64,000 nt of DNA from an uncultured Novosphingobium sp. (GCA_947085475.1 CAMTWP010000009.1:124-64123), one strand, 5' to 3'. Numbered from the stretch's first letter, positions 39,130 through 48,276 are shown. Program-made: numbers and translations. Notes: generated by a model from the letters alone, not told the origin.

Positions 39130-39927
39130 TTAATCGAGCGGGCGGCTGGATCCAAAGAACAGGGCCTGACTGATCGCGGTGCGCACAGTCTGTTCCTGAA
39201 ACGGCTTGGTCACCAAATAAGTCGGTTCTGGCCTATCGCCGGTGAGCAGGCGCTCAGGGTAGGCGGTGATGAAGATGACCGGCACGGAACCCATTTGCAG
39301 AATGTCCTCCACAGCATCGAGGCCTGAGCTGCCATCAGCCAACTGGATGTCAGCCAATACCAGACCCGGTTTTTCACGGGACACGATTTCGAGGGCCTGA
39401 GTCCGCGTTGCGGCCATGCCGCAAACATCGTGACCGAGTGATCTGACCAGATCTTCAAGCTGCATCGAAATGAGCGGCTCATCTTCGATGATCAAAACCG
39501 ATGTTGCAGATTCGCGGTCGATCTCTGCAATGGCATCCTGCACGAGGCCTTCGACATCATCGGGTTCACGTTCCATGATATAGGCCGCGTCATTGATGCT
39601 GAAATCTTCCAGCGTGGTTAGCAACAATGCCTGGCGGTTGGCCGGAGTCATCGCAGCAAGCCGTTCCTGTGCTGCTGCTTCATGCTGGCCAAGCGAGCCT
39701 GATGAGCGGTCAACCGTATCGACATAAGCGGTCGACCACACACGATTGAAAGCGTGATAGAGTTGTGGCCGGCCTTCACCGATCAATTCCCGCAAAGCCT
39801 TATCGGCCAATGCAGCTTCAAGCGTCGCGCGGACAAATGAGTCGCCCGCGGTCTGGCTGCCCGTTAATGCGCGCGCATAGCGCCGAAGATAAGGCAGTTG
39901 ATTGGCAACTTTGGCACCAAGAGACAT
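39130..39927 (-). CDS. phyR: anti-anti-sigma response regulator PhyR
   Basis: Sigma-like N-terminal domain (LPYLRRYARALTG) fused to a receiver domain (LIIEDEPLI...LADIQLADG...TKPF). ATG at 39927. Confidence 0.9.
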   Translation of the reverse strand: MSLGAKVANQLPYLRRYARALTGSQTAGDSFVRATLEAALADKALRELIGEGRPQLYHAFNRVWSTAYVDTVDRSSGSLGQHEAAAQERLAAMTPANRQALLLTTLEDFSINDAAYIMEREPDDVEGLVQDAIAEIDRESATSVLIIEDEPLISMQLEDLVRSLGHDVCGMAATRTQALEIVSREKPGLVLADIQLADGSSGLDAVEDILQMGSVPVIFITAYPERLLTGDRPEPTYLVTKPFQEQTVRTAISQALFFGSSRPLD

Positions 39928-39960
39928 TCGTACCCCTTCCCGAACAGGATCCTGACGATC

Positions 39961-39986
39961 AACGCACGAAACTGTTGTCCGGTTCC
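39961..39986 (-). promoter_or_regulatory. EcfG-dependent promoter of phyR
   Basis: On the minus strand: GGAAC-N17-CGTT (plus strand AACG 39961-39964, GTTCC 39982-39986), ~34 nt upstream of the start codon. Confidence 0.75.
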
Positions 39987-40027
39987 CGCTATCCGACAAG
40001 GAGAAAGCACTGATTTAGGTTCTGACC

Positions 40028-40405
40028 CTAGTTCACTGCAATCAGGTCCGCCCATTCCGCCAAAACTTCCGACGATACCGGTTTGCGGAATTGTGCCGCA
40101 AATTCATAACCTTCGGGGGTCGCATCACGTTCAAATCCGGAACTGATTGCCACCGCGCAGCCCATTTGATGTAATTGCAGGGCAAGGTCGAGCGAGATGC
40201 CATCGGGTAATTGCAAATCGAGCAGTGCAGCGGTCGGCCGGCGCTTCTCGATCAAATTCCGCGCACCTGCCAGAGTTGCGGCGACCATCACATCGAACCC
40301 GCGCGTTTTCAAAGCGTCCTCGATGGCCATAGCAACCAGCACGCTGTCTTCCACTACCAGAATGAGCGGGGTTATTGTTTTTGTATTCAACACGTTCGCG
40401 CTCAC
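40028..40405 (-). CDS. single-domain response regulator (SdrG-like position next to phyR)
   Basis: 125 aa, receiver only (ILVVEDS...LLDLQLPDG...RKP). Confidence 0.8.
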   Translation of the reverse strand: MSANVLNTKTITPLILVVEDSVLVAMAIEDALKTRGFDVMVAATLAGARNLIEKRRPTAALLDLQLPDGISLDLALQLHQMGCAVAISSGFERDATPEGYEFAAQFRKPVSSEVLAEWADLIAVN

Positions 40406-40534
40406 CCCTATATGCCGTACAGGTGATACGGCACATTGTGAGAACCAACGCTGTCATTTGACATAGCGAAAGTTCAGCTACCGTGTTGCGATTTGAGCGA
40501 CGGATCAGAACCGACGTCAGAGTGTGGGGAAAAT

Positions 40535-41305
40535 ATGGCGCGAGACGATGAGAATGCCGGGATTATCGGCGATACACAAGTGCGCTGCGAAACCTGCCCG
40601 CTGATCGCGTGCGATGGTTTGCGGCAGCCGCCTGCTGATTTGCGCCTTTGGATCGCGGCTTTCCGGCAGGGCGAAGCGCGGTATGTTCGCGGTGAACAGG
40701 TTTTTGATCAGGGTGCCCGGCCTAAGCATTTGTATACAGTGCTGAGCGGTGTGCTGATGCGTACACGTTTGCTGGAAGATGGCCGGCGTCAGGTTATCAA
40801 TTTCATGTTCCCTGGTGATTTCATCGGGCTTCAAGCTGCACTTGATGGTGAAATGAGCCACGCGGTAGAGGCGGTAACTTCGGTCACCCTGTGTGCGTTC
40901 TCGCGCGATCGCTTTTTCGACATGGTCGCCAGCCAGCCGCGCCTTGCGTTCGATATGACCTGGCTTTCCGCACATGAAGAAGCCGCTCTTGAAGAGCACA
41001 TCGTATCGCTAGGGCAGCGTAACGCGCGCGAGAGGATGGCAGCTTTGGCCGTGTTCCTCGTGCAGCGTGCACTGGATACCGGTCTTGCGCCTGACGGGAC
41101 GCTGACCATTACCGTTACGCAAGGGCAGATTGCCGATATGCTGGGGCTGTCGCTGGTTCATACCAACCGCACTTTGCAAACTTTGCGCAGGCTTCAACTC
41201 GTCGATTGGACAATCAACGCGATCCGCATTCCCAATATGGAAGCGGCAAGAGAGTTTGCCGGAATTGACAGCAATTCAGTTGGTCTGCCACGCCCCTACA
41301 TCTAA
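40535..41305 (+). CDS. Crp/Fnr family transcriptional regulator with N-terminal Cys cluster
   Basis: cNMP-binding-like beta-roll and a C-terminal HTH (GQIADMLGLSLVHTNRTLQTLRR). Cysteines at C18, C21, C26 and C120. ATG at 40535 with GGGGA RBS; a TTG alternative lies at 40493. Confidence 0.8.
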   Translation: MARDDENAGIIGDTQVRCETCPLIACDGLRQPPADLRLWIAAFRQGEARYVRGEQVFDQGARPKHLYTVLSGVLMRTRLLEDGRRQVINFMFPGDFIGLQAALDGEMSHAVEAVTSVTLCAFSRDRFFDMVASQPRLAFDMTWLSAHEEAALEEHIVSLGQRNARERMAALAVFLVQRALDTGLAPDGTLTITVTQGQIADMLGLSLVHTNRTLQTLRRLQLVDWTINAIRIPNMEAAREFAGIDSNSVGLPRPYI

Positions 41306-41357
41306 AGAAAATTTCCTAGCCAATGAAATTAAAGGATAAAAAATTTTCGAGAGCTTG

Positions 41358-41382
41358 GGAACTGCAAACCGGGATGCTCGTT
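41358..41382 (+). promoter_or_regulatory. EcfG-type promoter in an intergenic region
   Basis: GGAAC (41358-41362), N16, CGTT (41379-41382). No plausible protein gene lies downstream. Confidence 0.7.
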
Positions 41383-41387
41383 TTATC

Positions 41388-41474
41388 CATGTCACCACCG
41401 AGACCCCCCCTCCCGTCCAAGCGGTGGTGATACGATCCCGAAGGTCCTCGTCGGAAACGACGGGGACCTTTTTT
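41388..41474 (+). ncRNA. candidate EcfG-dependent small RNA (GsrN-like)
   Basis: Starts just after the promoter. 8-bp stem CACCACCG/CGGTGGTG holds a 21-nt loop containing CCCCCCCTCCCG, followed by a terminator (GGTCCTCGTCG-GAAA-CGACGGGGACC-TTTTTT). 5' end is approximate. Confidence 0.55.
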
Positions 41475-41482
41475 GAGGTCGA

Positions 41483-41526
41483 GCGTCCCGGCTGCGCCTC
41501 ATGGTGGCGCAGCCGGGACGCTTTTT
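41483..41526 (+). terminator. second, 16-bp perfect-stem terminator hairpin
   Basis: GCGTCCCGGCTGCGCC-N7-GGCGCAGCCGGGACGC followed by TTTTT. Lies between the sRNA candidate and the convergent response-regulator gene. Confidence 0.75.
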
Positions 41527-41532
41527 CATTTC

Positions 41533-41991
41533 TTAGCCAAAATGCGACAGCGCGCCGCGGATTCGTCCGAACAGGCCGGCAGGTTTGTGGCGATAGACCA
41601 ACGCGATCAGTTCTTCGGTGCGGAACGGCTTTGCCAGAACATGACCGAGCATCGCGGCAGAAGGCGGGATCGATTCAGGCGTTCCGGTGGTAAACACGAC
41701 AAGCGGCCGCGCTTCGCCCAATTGCATCGCCAGTTCGGCCAAAGCCCAGCCATCGTCGCGGTCAGCCAGATGCACGTCCAGCACCAAGATGGACGGCACC
41801 GCGCGCCCCAGATGCTCCATCGCTTCGGCTATACTGGCGCAAGTTACGACCGGGTCAGCCCCTGCATCTGTCAATGCCTCGGCAATATCGAGCGCGATCA
41901 GTCCGTCATCCTCAACCACAAGCGCATGGCCCAGTGCTCTCCGTCTTGGAGGAGGCTTGGGTTTGGCCCGGCCGTGGTCATCGTTGGTCAA
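41533..41991 (-). CDS. single-domain response regulator
   Basis: 152 aa. Receiver fold (ALVVEDDGLIA...VLDVHLADRDDG...AKPF) with a basic N-terminal tail. Confidence 0.8.
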   Translation of the reverse strand: MTNDDHGRAKPKPPPRRRALGHALVVEDDGLIALDIAEALTDAGADPVVTCASIAEAMEHLGRAVPSILVLDVHLADRDDGWALAELAMQLGEARPLVVFTTGTPESIPPSAAMLGHVLAKPFRTEELIALVYRHKPAGLFGRIRGALSHFG

Positions 41992-42073
41992 CGTCTTGGT
42001 CCCCGCCTGCTTTGCTGATCAAACGCGAAAGACGCCATCAGCGTTCCGAGAGAAGACCTCAACCCGGCTGAAA

Positions 42074-43231
42074 TCAGAGCGGCTTGTCGTATATCACGTA
42101 AGACTTGTTCACTGTGCTGTTGATTGCCTCGGCAATGGCATTCATTCCTTGATTGTCTTCGAGGATCCATCCGATTTCACCGCGCGTTGCACCATATTCG
42201 CGGATGGCGTTGCGGCGAATGTATTCGATCATCATGAATGCCAACTGGCTGGCCATGCGCGATGATTGCAGCCGCTTACGGACACCCATCAGCGGCACAC
42301 GCATGGTCCGCACTTTGGGCTTGCGCAGCCATAGCAGCAGCTTGGCCCAATTGAACGGGAGCAGCTTTCCGCCCATCGGTTTGATCACTTCATTAAGGTC
42401 TGGCACGGTCATCATGAAGGCCACCGGCTCGCCTTCATATTCGGCGATCATGATCAGATCTTCGCGCACGATCGGCTTGAACTTTTTGCCCGCGTATTTG
42501 ATCTCGGCATCGCTGAACGGCACAAACCCCCAGTTTTCCGACCATGCATCGTTCAAGATGTCGAGGATCAGCGCCGCCTCTTCGTCGAATTTTGATCTAT
42601 CGACATTGCGAATGCGGATCTTCGCATTCTTTTCGCCCGATTGGATGATGCGCTGGATAAGGGGTGGGAATTCGTTGCGAACGTCCAGTTCGTATGTGTT
42701 CAGCGTCTTGGCTGGCAGGTATCCCAGCGCCTCGATATAATGGCGATAACGTTCGGGCTGATGGCCCATCATCACCGTCGGCGGGTGATCAAAGCCTTTG
42801 ACCAACTGGCCCGGCTCTTCCCAGATAGACATCGAAAGCGGGGCCAGCACCCGCGTCATGCCCTTTTGCCGCAGCCACTCTTCGGCATGCGCGATTAACG
42901 CTTGCGCCACGGGTTCGTCCTCGGCTTCAAGCATACCCCAGTTGCCAGTGCCCGGACCCATGCCCTGTGATGCATCCATCGCGACAGCCAGATGATCGAT
43001 ATGCGCCGAGATGCGGCCCACGACGGCTCCCGCGCGCCTGGCAAGGAACAATTGCACGTCGGCATGATCGAAAAACGGGTTCTTGCCCGGCGTAATCAGC
43101 TCCTCGGCTTCCATGCGCAGTGGCGGCACCCACGACGAATCGGATGCGTTCAGGCGATAGGCTAGATCGAGAAAGGCCTTTCGGTCAGCCTTGCCGGAAA
43201 CGGGAGTGATGATTACTTCACTAGGAGCCAC
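42074..43231 (-). CDS. large GNAT-fold acyltransferase-like protein of unknown substrate
   Basis: Conserved-looking IITPVSGKADRKAF...WVPPL N-terminus and a C-terminal GWILEDNQGMN segment. GTG 43231 is preferred; the maximal ORF reaches 43360, leaving only 23 nt to the divergent gene. Confidence 0.7.
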   Translation of the reverse strand: MAPSEVIITPVSGKADRKAFLDLAYRLNASDSSWVPPLRMEAEELITPGKNPFFDHADVQLFLARRAGAVVGRISAHIDHLAVAMDASQGMGPGTGNWGMLEAEDEPVAQALIAHAEEWLRQKGMTRVLAPLSMSIWEEPGQLVKGFDHPPTVMMGHQPERYRHYIEALGYLPAKTLNTYELDVRNEFPPLIQRIIQSGEKNAKIRIRNVDRSKFDEEAALILDILNDAWSENWGFVPFSDAEIKYAGKKFKPIVREDLIMIAEYEGEPVAFMMTVPDLNEVIKPMGGKLLPFNWAKLLLWLRKPKVRTMRVPLMGVRKRLQSSRMASQLAFMMIEYIRRNAIREYGATRGEIGWILEDNQGMNAIAEAINSTVNKSYVIYDKPL

Positions 43232-43383
43232 GTTCTTGCCTTTGTTTGCGGGTAAGTGGGTTTCGTCGGCGAACTGCGGTTCAATTCGGCACATTGTCAA
43301 GCCACAGGACGCAGGTGGGAGCATCTTGGGCGAAATTGACCGGCAAAAGCTGGGTCGCAAGGGTTAAACTGGAAATTCACGGC

Positions 43384-44478
43384 ATGATTGCAACCGATAC
43401 TCTCACCGCCCCTCGCGCTTCGTCCGACGCGCAGCCATCGCTGCCCAAGGGTTTGGCGGGAACACCTGATGACAAAGAGATGCTCCGTGCCGCGGTGGAA
43501 CTCACCCGCGATATCGCCACCGCGCGGCCTGCGATCTATTGGCCCGATATGTTGGTGTCTGCCACGCTCGGCTATGCCGCGCTGGCAGGTGCAATCCTGC
43601 TCGAAAGTCCGGTTTACGCCGTTCTTTCCGGCATCGTTTCGGCGCTGGCACTCTATCGTGCCCTGCTGTTCATCCACGAACTGACGCACATCCACAAGAC
43701 GGCGTTGCCCGGTTTTCGCTTTGCGTGGAACTTGCTGGTCGGCATTCCGATGCTGATCCCGTCGTTGATGTATGAAGGCGTCCACACCTTGCATCATGCG
43801 CGCACCCGCTATGGCACCGTGGATGACCCCGAATATATGCCGCTGGCCTTGATGAAGCCGTGGGCGTTGCCTTTGTTCACCGTTACTGCCCTGCTGTTGC
43901 CGGTCGGACTTTTGATCCGTTCTGCGGTGCTGGTGCCATTGGGCGTCATCATTCCGCCTTTGCGCAAGCTGGTGTGGGAACGTGCATCATCGCTTTCAAT
44001 CAATCCCGAATTCCGCCGCCGCGCGCCCGAAGGCGAATTTGCGCAGATGGTGTTCTGGCAAGAGCTTGGTGCATCCGCTTGGGCGATGTTCTTGATCTGG
44101 TGGAGCGCAACGCATTCATGGCGCCCGCTGCTGATCGGCATTGCAGTCGTTTCGCTCACCGCCTTGCTCAACCAGATCCGCACGCTCGTGGCGCATTTGT
44201 GGGAGAATGAGGGCGAGGCGATGACCGTGACCGGGCAATACCTCGATTCGGTCAACGTGCCGCCGCCTGCGCGTCTGGCACCGCTTTGGGCACCGGTGGG
44301 CTTGCGCTATCACGCGCTGCACCACCTGCTGCCGTCGATGCCTTATCATTCGCTGGATGAGGCGCACCGCCGCATTACCGCCGAACTTGGGCTGTCGTCG
44401 ACCTATCAGAAATCGAACTATCCGGGCCTTCTGCCACTGGTCGGGCGCTTGGCGCGCAGCACGATGATGCCGCGCTAG
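43384..44478 (+). CDS. fatty acid desaturase/hydroxylase family membrane protein
   Basis: Three His boxes (HELTHIH, HTLHHARTRYG, HALHHLLP) and TM segments. ATG at 43384. Confidence 0.85.
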   Translation: MIATDTLTAPRASSDAQPSLPKGLAGTPDDKEMLRAAVELTRDIATARPAIYWPDMLVSATLGYAALAGAILLESPVYAVLSGIVSALALYRALLFIHELTHIHKTALPGFRFAWNLLVGIPMLIPSLMYEGVHTLHHARTRYGTVDDPEYMPLALMKPWALPLFTVTALLLPVGLLIRSAVLVPLGVIIPPLRKLVWERASSLSINPEFRRRAPEGEFAQMVFWQELGASAWAMFLIWWSATHSWRPLLIGIAVVSLTALLNQIRTLVAHLWENEGEAMTVTGQYLDSVNVPPPARLAPLWAPVGLRYHALHHLLPSMPYHSLDEAHRRITAELGLSSTYQKSNYPGLLPLVGRLARSTMMPR

Positions 44479-44747
44479 AGCCAGATGACACAGGATTGCC
44501 CCACCGGGACGGAGCCGATTTTGGCTCAGGGCAAGGAATGAGGAGGGAGCCATGCTGCCGCATAGTGACCGACGAGAGACGCCGCACACTGGGCCAAAAG
44601 CGGCCCGCCCCTTCGGGGTTGCTCTGTGAGGCCCGCCGCCCGCGTCACGTCGCTGGCACGGGCAACCAGCCCGCGCTGCACGACGTTCCTTGACGGCGAA
44701 CCTCACAGAACAATCACGGTGGGTCAATCCGATGTCATCTGGCTCTA
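44476..44747. mobile_element. MITE-like element with 15-bp perfect terminal inverted repeats
   Basis: TAGAGCCAGATGACA at 44476-44490 and its exact reverse complement TGTCATCTGGCTCTA at 44733-44747. A nested imperfect inverted repeat lies inside (TGCTCTGTGAGG / CCTCACAGAACA). No credible ORF inside. Confidence 0.55.
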
Positions 44748-44752
44748 AGTCG

Positions 44753-45853
44753 TCATTCTTCGGTGCGGATCAGCACGGTCTCACCGATGAAGAAGAACAG
44801 CAGGAACGGCGCCCAAGCGGCGAGGAACGGCGGGTAAGCGCCAAAATTCCCCATGGCTAGCGCGGCATTGTCAAACACGAAATAGGCAAAGCCCAGCCCC
44901 ATTCCGATTGCCGCGCGCACGAACAGCTGGCCCGAACGCGCAAGCCCGAAAGCAGCCACGGCGCCTAGCAGCGGCATAAGCATCGCCGATAGCGGCCCTG
45001 AAAGCTTGTGCCACCACTTGCCTTCCAGTTCGGTCGTGCGGAAGCCGGCTTCGCGGATCGCGGCGATTGAAGCATTGAGTTCGGTCAGTGATTGCGCGTC
45101 TGCATCCACTTTGCTGATCACCACTTGCACCGGCTCAACTGATTTGGCGAAGACCTGATCAGTGGACGAACTGGTCTTTCGCGCACTTTGCACATCAAAC
45201 ATCACCGGCTGGCGCAAGCGCCATCCCGGATTGGCGTAAGCAGCGTCCTGCGCGGTGACAATCTCGGTGACCATGCCGGTAGGGTCACGCCGATACCAGC
45301 TTACCCCTGTCATGCGCATCGCTTTGCCATCACCGGCCACGGTGCGTGCAAACAGGATGTTCGGCCCGTCTTGCAACCAGACATTCGTCTTTATGGCGGA
45401 TTCCTTGGGGATCGGCCCGTAATCGACGTTCTGCCATGCTTTGAGCGTTGTGCTTGATCGTGTGACCACACGTTCGTTGAAGGCAAACGTCACTGCCGAC
45501 GTTACCGCAGCCACCAAAAACAACGGCGCCAGCACTTGGTGCGCTGAGAGCCCGGCCGCTTTCATGGCCACCACTTCGCTGTTCTGGTTCAGCGTCATCA
45601 ATGTGATGATCGTGGCCAGCAGCACGGAATAGGGCAAAAACCGGCTGATCAGTTGCGGCATGCGCAGCGATACATATGTCAGGAGTTCAGCCTGACCGTT
45701 GCCCGCAGCAGCCGTCACTTTGCCGCTTTCGCTCAACAGATCGAGCATTTGCAGGATCAGCACCAGCATCAGCAGCACTGCCACAATACGGACGGCAAAC
45801 ATTTTGCCGATGTAAAGCGCGAGCGTGCGCGAGGGGAAAAACTCAAACTGCAT
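44753..45853 (-). CDS. lptG: LPS export ABC transporter permease
   Basis: YjgP/YjgQ permease architecture. Starts MQFEFFPSRTLALYIGKMF. Overlaps the lptF end by 11 nt. Confidence 0.9.
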   Translation of the reverse strand: MQFEFFPSRTLALYIGKMFAVRIVAVLLMLVLILQMLDLLSESGKVTAAAGNGQAELLTYVSLRMPQLISRFLPYSVLLATIITLMTLNQNSEVVAMKAAGLSAHQVLAPLFLVAAVTSAVTFAFNERVVTRSSTTLKAWQNVDYGPIPKESAIKTNVWLQDGPNILFARTVAGDGKAMRMTGVSWYRRDPTGMVTEIVTAQDAAYANPGWRLRQPVMFDVQSARKTSSSTDQVFAKSVEPVQVVISKVDADAQSLTELNASIAAIREAGFRTTELEGKWWHKLSGPLSAMLMPLLGAVAAFGLARSGQLFVRAAIGMGLGFAYFVFDNAALAMGNFGAYPPFLAAWAPFLLFFFIGETVLIRTEE

Positions 45854-47102
45854 CGGGTGCCTCGCTGCCCAGACCCTGTCCGCTTTGTGCGGAAGCAGGT
45901 TCATCACGCAGGCGCTTTCGCGCAAACAGCTTGCGCATTGTCCGCGAGATCCTTGCAAAGCCTGCTTCCAGCGCGCCAATCGGTTGCCCGCCCGGCACAT
46001 AGGCAATCCGCCAATACATCCACACGATCATTATGGCGAACAGGGCAAACGGCCCCCACAGCGCAAGGATCGGATCGACCCGGCCAAGCGCCGCCACATC
46101 CTGCCCATATTGATTGACCTTGTGATAAGCCACCACCAGCACGATCGACAGGAATATGCCCAGTGCGGACGTTGACCGCTTTGGCGGCACGGCCAATGCC
46201 ACCGCCAGCAATGGCAGCAGGAACATCATCACCACCTCGACGAGCCGGTAGTTCAGGCTGGCCTGCGTCTGATTGCGCAACTCTTGCGAGGTGTTGTCAT
46301 TCCAGCCAATTCTCAGCAATTCGGGCAGGAAGTATTCCTTGTCGGCATCGCCGCGCTGGCGGAATTGCTCGATCTTGGGCAGATCAATCGGCAAATCATG
46401 GCTGGCAAAGCTGAGCACGCGCGGTGACGTGATGTTTGGCCCATCCTGCACGATCTGACCGTCGGTCAGCCGCAAGATGACCGTATCCGGGCTTTCGCGA
46501 TTGGCAAAGAACCGGCCTTCGCGCGCAGAAATGACCATGACCTGGCCATTGCCGGTCTGAATGCGCGCGAAGATACCGCGCAAATCGCGGCCTTCGTCGC
46601 GGCTGGAATCAACGCGCAAAGCCGTGCGGTCTTGCAGAGAGTTGAATTCGCCCACGCGGATTGACGCACCAAGCGCGCCAGAGCGCAATTCAAACTGTAG
46701 CTGTTCGTAATAATAGCGCGATAACGGCTGGAGATAGCTGACAATCAACAAGTTGAGCGCGGCCAGAACAATCGCAAACATGTAGGGTACGCGCAGCAGC
46801 CGGGTGTAGGACAAGCCCACCGCGCGCATCACATCCAGCTCGGAACTCATCGCCAGCTTGCGGAACGCAAACAAGATGCCCAGCATCAGGCCCAGCGGAA
46901 TCGCAAGGCTGGCATATTCGGGCAGCAAGTTTGCCAGCATCTTGAAAACGACGCTGACCGGCCCGCCTTGTGTTGCCACAAAGTCAAACAGTTTCAGCAT
47001 CTTGTCGAGAACCAGCAACGACGCGGCGAGCACGAACACCGAAAGCATCGGCACGAACACCAGCCGGGCGATATAGCGATCAGTGGCGGTAAAAAGTTTC
47101 AA
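45843..47102 (-). CDS. lptF: LPS export ABC transporter permease
   Basis: YjgP/YjgQ family (DRYIARLVFVPMLSVF N-terminus). Paired with lptG. Confidence 0.9.
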   Translation of the reverse strand: MKLFTATDRYIARLVFVPMLSVFVLAASLLVLDKMLKLFDFVATQGGPVSVVFKMLANLLPEYASLAIPLGLMLGILFAFRKLAMSSELDVMRAVGLSYTRLLRVPYMFAIVLAALNLLIVSYLQPLSRYYYEQLQFELRSGALGASIRVGEFNSLQDRTALRVDSSRDEGRDLRGIFARIQTGNGQVMVISAREGRFFANRESPDTVILRLTDGQIVQDGPNITSPRVLSFASHDLPIDLPKIEQFRQRGDADKEYFLPELLRIGWNDNTSQELRNQTQASLNYRLVEVVMMFLLPLLAVALAVPPKRSTSALGIFLSIVLVVAYHKVNQYGQDVAALGRVDPILALWGPFALFAIMIVWMYWRIAYVPGGQPIGALEAGFARISRTMRKLFARKRLRDEPASAQSGQGLGSEAPDAV

Positions 47103-47299
47103 GGTAGCGCGCGATCAACCAGAGTGTTGAAACCGAAATCTGTTTCGCACCGTACTTGCCACCAGCGGCATGAACAGCGCATTTCGCCGGACTAGCCGTA
47201 TCGCCGGGCGCGGGGAAGGGAAAAGCGGCATTCTGCGTCACACCCTATCGTAAGTTATTCAAATGCCATATCTTAAGAAAGTGGTGTGAGCACAGGTGA

Positions 47300-47758
47300 T
47301 TGGAGAATTCTCTCGTGTCCAATAAGCACGCAGGCAGCGCATGGTGGGCTTGGGCAGCGAAGGCTGAGCCGGATCAAGACTTCTATAACGATCTGGCTGA
47401 TTGGTGTGAGCAACTCGATCTCTCGGACCAACGGTCGGGATTCGATCGCGTGCTGCGCGAGATCACCGACTTTGGCTCCGCACCTGAAGGGTCGCGTGAA
47501 AGTATTGCCAGCCAGTGGATTACTATGCTGGTTGATACAGGCGCATTTGAAAGTGCCGCCATTGCGCTCATTCCGCGAACGGCCACTTTTAATGGCTGCA
47601 GAATGAAGGACGGCACCTTTGTGGCGCAAGTTATCCTCGATGGCAGTGCTGGCGCTCATTCGCGCAATGCGCGTAGCCTTTCCATGGCGTGGCTTGCGGC
47701 GCTGTTACGTGCCTTTGCGCGCCAATCGGCAGAAGCCAAGGGCGCGCAGATCCATTGA
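47300..47758 (+). CDS. hypothetical protein
   Basis: 152-aa ORF with TTG start (GTG 47315 alternative). No family recognised. Confidence 0.45.
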   Translation: MENSLVSNKHAGSAWWAWAAKAEPDQDFYNDLADWCEQLDLSDQRSGFDRVLREITDFGSAPEGSRESIASQWITMLVDTGAFESAAIALIPRTATFNGCRMKDGTFVAQVILDGSAGAHSRNARSLSMAWLAALLRAFARQSAEAKGAQIH

Positions 47759-47783
47759 TTGTGGAAGTCAGAGTTTTGTAAAA

Positions 47784-48134
47784 TCAGGCTTTTTCTAGCG
47801 TGCACTGCAGCGGGTGCTGGTTTTGCCGGGCAAAGTCCATCACCTGATTGACCTTGGTTTCAGCGATTTCATAGGGAAATACGCCACAAACCCCGACGCC
47901 GCGCTGGTGCACATGCAGCATCACGCGGGTGGCCTGTTCCAGATCCATATGGAAGAAACGCTTGAGCACCATCACCACGAATTCCATCGGGGTGTAATCA
48001 TCGTTCAACATCAGCACTTTGAACTGGTTCGGCTTTTTGGGCTTGGCGCGAGTTTTGGTGGCGATGCCGACTTGATCGTTCCCGCCCGGTCCGCGCGAAT
48101 CATCATCCTCGGCACAGCGAGGAGCGTCGGACAT
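47784..48134 (-). CDS. clpS: ATP-dependent Clp protease adaptor
   Basis: [20 protein letters not shown]...[13 protein letters not shown] core. Start at ATG 48134; a terminator at 48243-48276 rules out the longer ORF. Confidence 0.9.
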   Translation of the reverse strand: MSDAPRCAEDDDSRGPGGNDQVGIATKTRAKPKKPNQFKVLMLNDDYTPMEFVVMVLKRFFHMDLEQATRVMLHVHQRGVGVCGVFPYEIAETKVNQVMDFARQNQHPLQCTLEKA

Positions 48135-48242
48135 GTCCGGTTGGGCGAGGCGATGCAGTAGCATGATCGTTCTAATATCGCATTCCCTGCCGCATAGGAC
48201 AAGAGGTCGCGGGGGGCAGGTCTCTGGAAATCTGCTAAAATG

Positions 48243-48276
48243 AAAAACGGACCGGAGGCCCAAGGCACCCGGTCCG
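48243..48276 (-). terminator. Rho-independent terminator of the phasin gene
   Basis: On the minus strand: CGGACCGG-N13-CCGGTCCG followed by TTTTT. Confidence 0.7.

Noticed and set aside
41355-41693. 112-aa ORF covering the sRNA candidate and both terminators
   Set aside because: It reads through two strong hairpin terminators and runs antisense into the response-regulator gene. The promoter-hairpin-terminator layout fits a non-coding RNA better.
44116-44727. 203-aa minus-strand ORF and the 65-aa ORF at 44496-44693 inside or over the MITE-like element
   Set aside because: The first is mostly antisense to the desaturase gene. Both are Arg-rich with no motif. The region is better explained by nested inverted repeats.
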